Source: Nemertoderma westbladi
Taxonomy: Eukaryota; Animalia; Xenacoelomorpha
Reading direction: 5' to 3'
Assembly: GCA_032718475.1 (NCBI GenBank)
Contig: JAUCBJ010007889.1
Coordinates: 1-62,520, forward strand
DNA: 62,520 bases
The notes below the pieces were generated by a model. The model saw nothing but the letters and a program-made list of their open reading frames with translations. It had not been told where the DNA came from and searched no databases. This document shows positions 1 through 8,275 of this stretch, one piece after another; within the stretch, counting starts at the first letter, position 1, and every line of letters begins with the position of its first letter. The position numbers and the translations under genes were made by a program.

Positions 1-757
1 TATTAAAATCTGTAAAATCCCGATCCTTCAAAATTTCTAGTCAATTAAGATATCGCAGTATTTACAGATATTCTTAGAAGGACTATTTTATAGAATTAAG
101 GATCCTAAGTCCCCAGATATGCTCTGGAATAAAATTTGTGTCAATTTAACATCAAATAATAAAATTCACGGGAATAAATTTAAATTCATATTCAAATGAA
201 TTTCATAAATTGTCATTTTGTGCAATTTATAACATTCCCAAAATTCCAGTAATTAATAGACCATGGGAGCGGAGATTCATATTGAGTGTACTAGAGTGCG
301 AGAATCTCCAACATATAGTCAATAGCCGATAAAATTTATAAAATCATGCATAAAGAGAATATTGACAATTAAAGAATTACTATTAAATAACATCCCAGAT
401 CTGTATACATGAGAATTGCCCTAATTCTACCGCTAGTTTTCCATAAGGTCACCATGGCAACACCCACGCTAGAATTAGAAGCAAGTTAAAGGAACAATAA
501 AAGCTTGCCCCATTGCGTAGCATAAGAGTATACATAGCGCTATTAGTATCCAAGGATACATAGTAATAACGTGACATTCTGGAAGACACTGACTAACGGA
601 CAAATGTCATGCGTGTGTGCAGTGAGTAATGATTGTATGGAATTTGTGCGTTTGTAGGTGAATGTTACTACTAAAGTGTGTTTACCGTAGCTAATCGCAA
701 TTGTAAAATAGCCCTAACTCTACCGAGATAACCTCAAGTGGATTCAAGCCTTTGGGA

Positions 758-902
758 CGGACAGTGGTGGGACTTGTGCCGGTTATCGTTGTCGTGCTGT
801 TGCTACATGTTGGCGTAAACACTGCGACAGCGGTACATCGGCGCTGAGAAACCCACTGTCCGGGGGCAAAAAGCCTAATAGGCAGCGACGCCCGCTTGCC
901 TA
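758..902 (+). other. Putative structured RNA leader upstream of the 833-aa ORF
   Basis: Perfect 10-bp stem CGGACAGTGG (758-767) / CCACTGTCCG (853-862) encloses further stems that need G-U pairs (TGTGCCG/CGGTACA; CGTTGTCGT/GCGACAGCG). A hairpin TAGGCAGCG..CGCTTGCCTA follows. GC-rich island in an AT-rich context. Confidence 0.35.
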
Positions 903-945
903 AAATATTAATTTATATTGATATTAACAAACTCAGATAGCAGAT

Positions 946-3447
946 ATGACGGAATTGATAGAAGATGACCTTGGTATTAGAGAGCGATATACTCTACCTT
1001 TACAAGCGTTTGTGGATAGCTTGATACGCGGTGAAGCCGATCCGACTATTACAGAGGACGATGGTCGTTATATCGAACCGCCGATGTCCCAGGAACAACT
1101 TACGCGTGAAGCGGACTATAGAAAATTCACCGCTCGCTATACGAATCGCAATGGTACGTATATGGACTTCTTAACTACCGGTCATCCCATCGATTTACAT
1201 GATACCGATGATGTAGACACCGAAAGGGAAATGATTTTATTTAAATATCATTCTCAGCGGAATCGTAATGATAAACCAAGAATAGAACACGAGAACTCTA
1301 TTCGCAACCTACTCGACAGAGAAAACGTTGAAGAACCCGATAAGCGTATCAACTTCAACGACTACGTGGAATTTTTGCGGGAAACCTATCTCAATATTGC
1401 CAGTCAACAGAACCTAGAGACTAGATATCCTCAAGGTATACATCACGATCCCATGGTAGAACTCAAACGACTCTATTTCACCATGATGTATCTTACCGCA
1501 GATCGTCCACTGCCTGTTGTCCCGGACAGTTTTGAACAAATGGAAGAGTATTGCAAAACTGGTGAACGATCACCCGCGTTTCCTCTGCAAGACGTACGTC
1601 TTTGGTATTATTGTGACTCATGTCCTAGACCTAACCAGCAAACGGAAAGACATAAACATCCGCGGAGACGTTGTGCTAAACACAGTTTTACGCGTTATAC
1701 TTACGGGAGTTTCGAGCGAAACCTGTTCGACGTATCACCTACGATCGCCCGTCTAAAACGATCGCTAAATAAACCCATGATCAGAGTTCCGGAATACTCG
1801 GTCAGACCTCCCCATTTCCCCGTGAGACCCCAAACTCTTGATCCTAACAGTCTCACTGATCCTCCCGAGTTATACTCGCTGTTCAAGGATTTGGTGTTGC
1901 CCGAGCAGTTAATCGGTGGTGTTCCTGAGGTAGGTTCGTTGGATATTCGACCATCCTATTTGACCGGATTGGGACGCGGACATCTAACATCGCCATTTAA
2001 TCCTTACAACCGGCCAGGATTAACTCCGATACAACCTGCCACGGAAGTCGAGGAGAGTGTCATCAGAAACGCTCTAGACGCCATCCGACAGAAAATCGGA
2101 AAGGGAACCCAGGATTTTCTAGAGAAACGTAAATTACAGCAGCAGGTCCAATCGGTGAAAGAGCTAGCCTTGCCGCAGTTTGATAGAGAAATCCAAAACC
2201 TCGAAGAGGACATCGAGCTTGGACGTACGTATTCTCTACAGGAGTTTCTGGAAGAACGATTGCAGAAACAAGCGGAGGAGAATCAAATGGAGGAGAGGCA
2301 TACGGAAATGGATGAGAGAGAAGAAGCCGCTTTAGCCCAACCCGAAACTCAGATACTCATAACCGATCTCTACTCTAAAACCGTCCGTCATCCCTCGATG
2401 GTTCCGCATTTCGGAGACAAACTTTTCGCAAAGATACAACCCCAACCGGTTGATATCAGCATAAGATCGCAAAATCTTATCGCTGACGCTCCTATGTTAC
2501 AGCGTCCGCCAATCGAGGCCGCTCGAGTTGACGGTATACTCGTTGAACCTCCGGACAATCGAGCGGATCTTGTCCGTCGTATGGTATACGATGTCAACAT
2601 ACGCGCTAGACCTTTACAGAACTCTTTTTATGGAATTAAAGATCACCCTTATTACGTTAATCTGACTCAATATTATATGGTAAAACCAGAAGATCCGACG
2701 CATGATTTAAAGTTTCTACCACTAATAAATCCTCTAGACATTGTCGAACTCGAACAATTGCAAAAACATCTGGATCAATTAGTAAAGGCAAACTCATTTC
2801 GAAAACCATACAACGTTTCTCGAATAGAGAAGGATACAGAACCTCCTTATAACCTCGATGGATTTATTAAAACTCGATTAGTCCATTGGAATCTAGACGT
2901 ATTATTCGAGGAGGAGAAAATCCAAAGATATGGAAATGTGGAGACGTATACCACTCGATATATGAAGTACAGTGATCTCCCTGACGCTAATCAATGCGCC
3001 ACCTTGTGGCATCCGGTAGGGATGACCCTCGAGAACGCCACCAAAGAGTGGAATGAAACTCTTAATATCATTGAGATGTATGGCGTTGTTACTTATGATA
3101 ACGAAGGTAGCGTTCCAATCGGAGAATTAGGAACTACGCGCATGATACACATACGCGGATTAGCTGGCTCCACTCACGTGTTTACGCGAGCGTGTTCCGA
3201 CGTGATCGATTATTCCTTCGAAACTCTCACCGAAACGCAAAAGAATCTCCGACATGGACAATTCGAACTCGCGCAGCGTTACGTCATTGACACCGAACGC
3301 AAACCGGCCATGGGTATCGATGGATCGATGTTACCCCAGCCCGTTCTCGAGATGTTATTCAACGAAAGAATCGTTAAAATCGGCTCAGCTGTTTACGGAG
3401 ATCTCCAAAACGACTTTCGGAATATGGAGATATCGATAATTAATTGA
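946..3447 (+). CDS. Large ORF with Cys/His cluster, acidic coiled-coil-like region and a C-terminal DEDD(y)-like 3'-5' exonuclease domain; C-terminus truncated by the Penelope insertion
   Basis: 833-aa intronless ORF. ExoI-like VVTYDNEG and ExoII-like LFNERIVKIGSAVYGDL (RNase D/WRN/EXD-type pattern); CDSC...H...C..H cluster. No ExoIII motif, because the ORF runs into Penelope sequence after 3433. Confidence 0.7.
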   Translation: MTELIEDDLGIRERYTLPLQAFVDSLIRGEADPTITEDDGRYIEPPMSQEQLTREADYRKFTARYTNRNGTYMDFLTTGHPIDLHDTDDVDTEREMILFKYHSQRNRNDKPRIEHENSIRNLLDRENVEEPDKRINFNDYVEFLRETYLNIASQQNLETRYPQGIHHDPMVELKRLYFTMMYLTADRPLPVVPDSFEQMEEYCKTGERSPAFPLQDVRLWYYCDSCPRPNQQTERHKHPRRRCAKHSFTRYTYGSFERNLFDVSPTIARLKRSLNKPMIRVPEYSVRPPHFPVRPQTLDPNSLTDPPELYSLFKDLVLPEQLIGGVPEVGSLDIRPSYLTGLGRGHLTSPFNPYNRPGLTPIQPATEVEESVIRNALDAIRQKIGKGTQDFLEKRKLQQQVQSVKELALPQFDREIQNLEEDIELGRTYSLQEFLEERLQKQAEENQMEERHTEMDEREEAALAQPETQILITDLYSKTVRHPSMVPHFGDKLFAKIQPQPVDISIRSQNLIADAPMLQRPPIEAARVDGILVEPPDNRADLVRRMVYDVNIRARPLQNSFYGIKDHPYYVNLTQYYMVKPEDPTHDLKFLPLINPLDIVELEQLQKHLDQLVKANSFRKPYNVSRIEKDTEPPYNLDGFIKTRLVHWNLDVLFEEEKIQRYGNVETYTTRYMKYSDLPDANQCATLWHPVGMTLENATKEWNETLNIIEMYGVVTYDNEGSVPIGELGTTRMIHIRGLAGSTHVFTRACSDVIDYSFETLTETQKNLRHGQFELAQRYVIDTERKPAMGIDGSMLPQPVLEMLFNERIVKIGSAVYGDLQNDFRNMEISIIN
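3421..3433 (+). repeat. 13-bp direct repeat AATATGGAGATAT (second copy 7981-7993), candidate target-site duplication of the Penelope insertion
   Basis: Identical 13-mer immediately outside both ends of the element. Confidence 0.65.
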
Positions 3448-3469
3448 GTTAATGGTGGTTGATTCATAG

Positions 3470-3532
3470 TATAAATATAATTAAATTTGTTGCGAGATTA
3501 TAACAGTATTATAATATATTTCGTACCGACTG
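3470..3532. repeat. 63-bp perfect inverted repeat with 7919-7981 (inverted pseudo-LTR fragment)
   Basis: TATAAATATAATTAAATTTGTTGCGAGATTATAACAGTATTATAATATATTTCGTACCGACTG is the exact reverse complement of 7919-7981. Confidence 0.9.
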
Positions 3533-3559
3533 GCGGTGCTTCATCAGATATAGGTCTGT
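3503..3559 (-). ncRNA. Type I hammerhead ribozyme in the Penelope pseudo-LTR
   Basis: Minus strand reads ACAGACCUAUAU-CUGAUGA-A-GCACCG-CCAGU-CGGUAC-GAAA-UAUAUU-AUAAUACUGU. This gives the conserved core, stem II with one mismatch, a minimal palindromic stem III, and stem I (UAU/AUA + ACAG/CUGU). Hammerheads are an established feature of Penelope pLTRs. Confidence 0.75.
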
Positions 3560-3888
3560 AGGTAGGTTAACAAAATACTAATGATAAGGGTACAATATAA
3601 TAGAAAGGGAAACACATAAGTATGATTAATAATATTCAGATGTAAATACAGTAATTGTAATATTAACATAGCGATACTTCAGTACTTAGGCATTCTGAAT
3701 TCTGACTACGAGTACAGTGTAGGTATATAGCAGTAATGACACGGTAACTGTGGAACTGTATGATAAATCTAATATGATTAGGTCTGTTATAATTGTATTG
3801 TATGTACAGTATAAAGTTGATGAAGCATGAAGAGTTATACAGTATGTATCTTTAACTAATTTTATGCATTATGAAAACTAATAGTTTC

Positions 3889-4061
3889 TTATCCTAAATT
3901 AATAAATGCTAATTTGTTATATCCTAAATTAATAAATGCTAATATGTCATATCCTAAATTAATAAATGCTAATTTGTCATATCCTAAATTAATAAATGCT
4001 ATTTGTTATATCCTAAAATTAATAAATACTAATATGTCATATCCTAAATTAATAAATGCTA
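3889..4061. repeat. 30-bp minisatellite (~6 copies) in the Penelope 3' UTR
   Basis: Unit ATCCTAAATTAATAAATGCTAAT(T/A)TGT(T/C)AT repeated in tandem. Confidence 0.9.
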
Positions 4062-4117
4062 CTATTTTATTATATAGTTATTGTAACCTCCCCCTCCCCT
4101 ATTTTTTTTTTTTTGTG

Positions 4118-5725
4118 TTAGTGTGTATGTTTTTTGTGGTTCTGTGCCCTGTTATAGAAATCTTGGATACCGCGTAGAAATGGTACGAATATTGAAGATA
4201 CGTTCACTGATAATCTACCGTTAATTACTTTGTCACCTCCTTCTTTTATAAATAAACTTTCTAGAATTCTTCGTCTTAAAGTGTGGTTTAGTCCTCTGTG
4301 CAGTATTTTGGAGTTATTAAAGTCGGGTGTGTGTTGTGATGTGATGATATGGGCGGTGAGTTCTGATTGTTTGATTCTACTATGTTTTATGTCTGCGGTG
4401 TGTTGTTTTTGTCGTACCTCCTTTGTATAACTAGATTCTCCTATGTAAAATTTCCCACATGAGCAAGGTATACTGTATGTTACGGAGTTTGGGGGTTTTT
4501 TGGGTTTGTGTCCTTTGCAGATAATTGATCCAATGGATGTACCGGGTTGAAAGTAGGTACCGATATTGTAACGATTACATAAACGTTCTAAATCTTCCGT
4601 TAGATCTTTTACGTATGGAAGGGGAATGTTAGTCAGTGATTTTTCTTTAGGGGTTAATTTTCTGGTGGTATTTAAAGCTTTTCTGAAGGAGTTGTGTATG
4701 ATACGTGTGGGATATCCGTTTTTTGTTAGAGTGTTTTTGTATGTATCGAGTTGTTGGTCTAGACTTCCGTCAGTACATAGGGATTTACAAGTAAACGCTA
4801 GAGTCGTAGCGATTCCTTTCTTTATACGTGGGTGGTGATTGCTGGCATAATTTAGATATCGTTGAGAATGTGTTGGTTTTTTGTATATTGTGCTGGAAAA
4901 CTTTGTTTCATTTTGAGTTATTAGGGTGTTTAAAAAAGGTAATTTATTGTTATTATCAGACTGTTCTACTGTGAATTGTGTATGTGGGTTGATTGAGTTA
5001 AGTTTAGTGAGTAGGGAGTCTACTTCTTCTAAGGGCACTAAAGACCAAATGTCGTCGACATATCTAAACCAATGAGATGGGAGAAATCCTTGGTCTCTGG
5101 CAGTTTGTTCTAAGTCGAACATGTATAGGTTAGCAAGAATGGCACTAATGGGGGCACCCATTGGTAGTCCTTTGATTTGGACGTAAATTATTCCATTATA
5201 TTCAAATGCAGATTGTGATAATACTACATTTAAAATGTCCTCAAATGCTTCTACTGTAATACCTGTGCGTTCTTGGAAATCTGGGTCTTTTCGTACTCTA
5301 TCTACTGCAGCTTTACGTGCTAAGTCAATGGGGATGGTGGGGTACATGTTTATTACGTCGAATGAAACCTGGATGTCATTTTTGCCTGCAATAAGTTCAT
5401 CTATGTATTTAATAAATTCCTTAGAGTTACGGAGGAATGACTGTCCTTCTGACATGTAAGGGCGAAGACAACTAGCAATAAATTTACTACAGTTGTAAGA
5501 GGGGGCACCTATGTATGATACAATGTTTCTAAGTGGTGTATTGGTTTTGTGTATTTTAGGGTTACCGTAAGTATAAGGCAAATTGGAATGGTAAGCTCCT
5601 AATTTTGTTTTTAATTTACTACTAATTGAATTATTTTCTACTAAGCGTTTTAGACAATTATTCACCTGACGTTCATATGCAGATAAAGGACTTTTTTTTA
5701 TACACAATGAAATTGTCAGTATCAT
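4118..5725 (-). CDS. Penelope reverse transcriptase + GIY-YIG endonuclease (3' part of a frameshifted polyprotein)
   Basis: YGNPKIHK..PLRNIVS, SFDVINMYPTIP, GLPMGAPIS, WFRYVDD, LPFLN, IYKKPTHSQRYLNYASNHHP; endonuclease VTYSIPCSCGKFYIGE...R..QH...AH...H...RRILESLFI. Confidence 0.95.
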   Translation of the reverse strand: MILTISLCIKKSPLSAYERQVNNCLKRLVENNSISSKLKTKLGAYHSNLPYTYGNPKIHKTNTPLRNIVSYIGAPSYNCSKFIASCLRPYMSEGQSFLRNSKEFIKYIDELIAGKNDIQVSFDVINMYPTIPIDLARKAAVDRVRKDPDFQERTGITVEAFEDILNVVLSQSAFEYNGIIYVQIKGLPMGAPISAILANLYMFDLEQTARDQGFLPSHWFRYVDDIWSLVPLEEVDSLLTKLNSINPHTQFTVEQSDNNNKLPFLNTLITQNETKFSSTIYKKPTHSQRYLNYASNHHPRIKKGIATTLAFTCKSLCTDGSLDQQLDTYKNTLTKNGYPTRIIHNSFRKALNTTRKLTPKEKSLTNIPLPYVKDLTEDLERLCNRYNIGTYFQPGTSIGSIICKGHKPKKPPNSVTYSIPCSCGKFYIGESSYTKEVRQKQHTADIKHSRIKQSELTAHIITSQHTPDFNNSKILHRGLNHTLRRRILESLFIKEGGDKVINGRLSVNVSSIFVPFLRGIQDFYNRAQNHKKHTH

Positions 5726-7964
5726 TCAATATGTCGGACATTTTCATGTGATAATCTGCTGTATTCAAAATAACAGTTTTATTTCCTTTATCTGCGGGTC
5801 TAATTATTATATTAGTATTATCTCGTAGAGATTCTATCGCTTGTTTTTCTTCAGGCGTAAGGTTCTGTTGTATAGGTTTGTATAAATATTGTTTTAAAAT
5901 GTTTAATGCTTCTACTCTGAACGCAATACCTTTTGTATCCTGCAAAACAAAACCAGCAAATTCCAGAGAAGTTATGAAATCATTAACCGGTAATCTGTCG
6001 TAAGTTGGAATGAAATTAAGACCTAATTCTAGAATACGATGCTCATTATTAGTAAGGTTGTAATTACTTAAATTGGTTACAGTATTTTCTTGGGTTATCT
6101 TGTATGTGGATGATTGGTTCCCTTGTTTAAACCTAAGCCAATTCAATTTTTCTTTGGCTTTATTTAAATGGGATTGAACACAATTATTACAATAAGTATT
6201 AATTGTATTAGACATGTGATCGAACATATCATTATTTAAATATCCATGTTTCAAAGCACGAGATATATTTAAAATATTATCGTATATTTCCTTTAGAGCT
6301 TCTCTGTTTTTCTTTAGAGCTTTTTGGATTTCATGACATTCACCTAATAATGTGAACTTATTTTTAATACCTTTTGGGCCGGTTATGTTGAAAGATTGGG
6401 GGGTAATGTTTTCACGTCGACATTGTTCTAAGAAAAATACGGACTTGGTACATTGTGCTAATTGTTTAGATAGATGAATCCAAGAACATACTAACGTGTA
6501 AGTTCTATTAGGGAAATTAAGTTTTATAATCCGCAGGACGTGTCCTACATTATGAAAGGGTCCGTTAGTGTAAGTAGGAATACTGGATTGGTTATGATGA
6601 GATGAAATTACGTTGTAATTATTGGAACATGAGTTAGTAGAACTATTATGATAGATAGTTGCTTCGTTGGAGTTCATCAAGGGATGATAATTGTTTTGGT
6701 TGTTTTGGGGTTGATTTTGTCTTGGTTTGGTAGAATAAAATACTCGTGTTTTTTGTTTAAGTTGTTCAGTTTGTTGGATTGGTTGGTGAGAGAACGCGGT
6801 TTTTCTCATATTGGAAAAGGTGACCTCTGTCGAACTTAGAAACTCATTAGGGTTAGTTGAGTCCACGTTGTAGTGCCGGTTAGGTTGGTGAGATAACTCA
6901 GTTGTTATCGTACCAGACGGGAGGAATTCTTTCGAACTAAGGAACTCGTTGGCGTTCGATAAACCGACGTTGTGTTGCCGGATTGGTTGGTGAGAGAACT
7001 CAGTTGTTACCGCTCCGGACGGGAGGAATTCCTTCGAACTAAGGAACTCGTTGGCGTTCGATAAATCGACGTTGTGTTGCCGGATTGGTTGGCGAGAGAA
7101 CTCAGTTGTTACCGTACCGGACGGGAGGAATTCTTTCGAACTAAGGAACTCGTTGGCGTTCGATAAACCGACGTTGTGTTGCCGGATTGGTTGGTGAGAG
7201 AACTCAGTTGTTACCGCTCCGGACGGGAGGAATTCCTTCGAACTAAGGAACTCGTTGGCGTTCGATAAATCGACGTTGTGTTGCCGGATTGGTTGGCGAG
7301 AGAACTCAGTTGTTACCGTACCGGACGGGAGGAATTCCTTCGAACTAAGGAACTCGTTGGCGTTCGATAAACCGACGTTGTGTTGCCGGATTGGTTGGTA
7401 AGAGAACTCATTTGTTACCGTACCGGACGGGAGGAATTCCTTCGAACTAAGGAACTCGTTGGCGTTCGATAAATCGACGTTGTGTTGCCGGATTGGTTGG
7501 CGAGAGAACTCAGTTGTTACCGTACCGGACGGGAGGAATTCCTTCGAACTAAGGAACTCGTTGGCGTTCGATAAATCGACGTTGTGTTGCCGGATTGGTT
7601 GGCGAGAGAACTCAGTTGTTACCGTACCGGACGGGAGGAATCCCTTCGAACTAAGGAACTCGTTGGCGTTCAATAAACCGACGTTGTGTTGCCGGATTGG
7701 TTGGTAAGAGAACTCATTTGTTACCGTACCGGACGGGAGGAATTCCTTCGAACTAAGGAACTCGTTGGCGTTCGATAAATCGACGTGGTGTTGCCGGATT
7801 GGTTGGCGAGAGAACTCAGTTGTTACCGTACCGGACGGGAGGAATTCCTTCGAACTAAGGAACTTGTTGGCGTTCGATAAATCGACGTTGTGTTGCTGGA
7901 TTGGTTGGCGAGAGAACTCAGTCGGTACGAAATATATTATAATACTGTTATAATCTCGCAACAA
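5673..7964 (-). CDS. Penelope polyprotein N-terminal part with 34-aa repeats; joins the RT frame via a 1-nt frameshift at the T8 run 5692-5699
   Basis: Typical pre-RT motifs NLSNYNLT...ILELGLNFIP and NLTPEEKQAIESLRDNTNIIIRPADKGNKTVILN. The first ~15 codons derive from the inverted repeat, so the listed start is not the real one. Confidence 0.85.
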   Translation of the reverse strand: MLRDYNSIIIYFVPTEFSRQPIQQHNVDLSNANKFLSSKEFLPSGTVTTEFSRQPIRQHHVDLSNANEFLSSKEFLPSGTVTNEFSYQPIRQHNVGLLNANEFLSSKGFLPSGTVTTEFSRQPIRQHNVDLSNANEFLSSKEFLPSGTVTTEFSRQPIRQHNVDLSNANEFLSSKEFLPSGTVTNEFSYQPIRQHNVGLSNANEFLSSKEFLPSGTVTTEFSRQPIRQHNVDLSNANEFLSSKEFLPSGAVTTEFSHQPIRQHNVGLSNANEFLSSKEFLPSGTVTTEFSRQPIRQHNVDLSNANEFLSSKEFLPSGAVTTEFSHQPIRQHNVGLSNANEFLSSKEFLPSGTITTELSHQPNRHYNVDSTNPNEFLSSTEVTFSNMRKTAFSHQPIQQTEQLKQKTRVFYSTKPRQNQPQNNQNNYHPLMNSNEATIYHNSSTNSCSNNYNVISSHHNQSSIPTYTNGPFHNVGHVLRIIKLNFPNRTYTLVCSWIHLSKQLAQCTKSVFFLEQCRRENITPQSFNITGPKGIKNKFTLLGECHEIQKALKKNREALKEIYDNILNISRALKHGYLNNDMFDHMSNTINTYCNNCVQSHLNKAKEKLNWLRFKQGNQSSTYKITQENTVTNLSNYNLTNNEHRILELGLNFIPTYDRLPVNDFITSLEFAGFVLQDTKGIAFRVEALNILKQYLYKPIQQNLTPEEKQAIESLRDNTNIIIRPADKGNKTVILNTADYHMKMSDILNDTDNFIVYKKKSFICI
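6780..7921 (-). repeat. 102-bp (34-aa) in-frame coding tandem repeat, 10 conserved + 1 degenerate + partial copy
   Basis: TEFSRQPIRQHNVDLSNANEFLSSKEFLPSGTVT units counted in the translation. Confidence 0.95.
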
Positions 7965-8275
7965 ATTTAATTATATTTATAATATGGAGATATATATATA
8001 TATATGTACGTTCTGCCTAAAGGGCCATAGATATGTATCTTTGAAATGAAGGGTATTATGTACCTATATAATACAGAATGGAAGTAAAAAGGGCCATTAG
8101 TATATCTACATATCTTGTGTATATATGTTCCTACATATACCATTTTAATATACATACATAAAGATGAAATAACGAGCGAAAGGGCCAACTTATATATCTA
8201 TATAGTGAGATATGTAGGTATAGTGTACCTATATAACTCAATGGCCCTATCTTATTTCTCTTCATTCTTACAGTT

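Larger units (their letters stand above)
3434..7980 (-). mobile_element. Penelope-like retroelement (endonuclease-containing, Penelope/Poseidon type), 5'-truncated with an inverted terminal segment
   Basis: RT + GIY-YIG ORF, hammerhead motif in the 3' pseudo-LTR, 63-bp inverted copy of that region at the 5' end, flanking 13-bp duplication. Confidence 0.92.
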
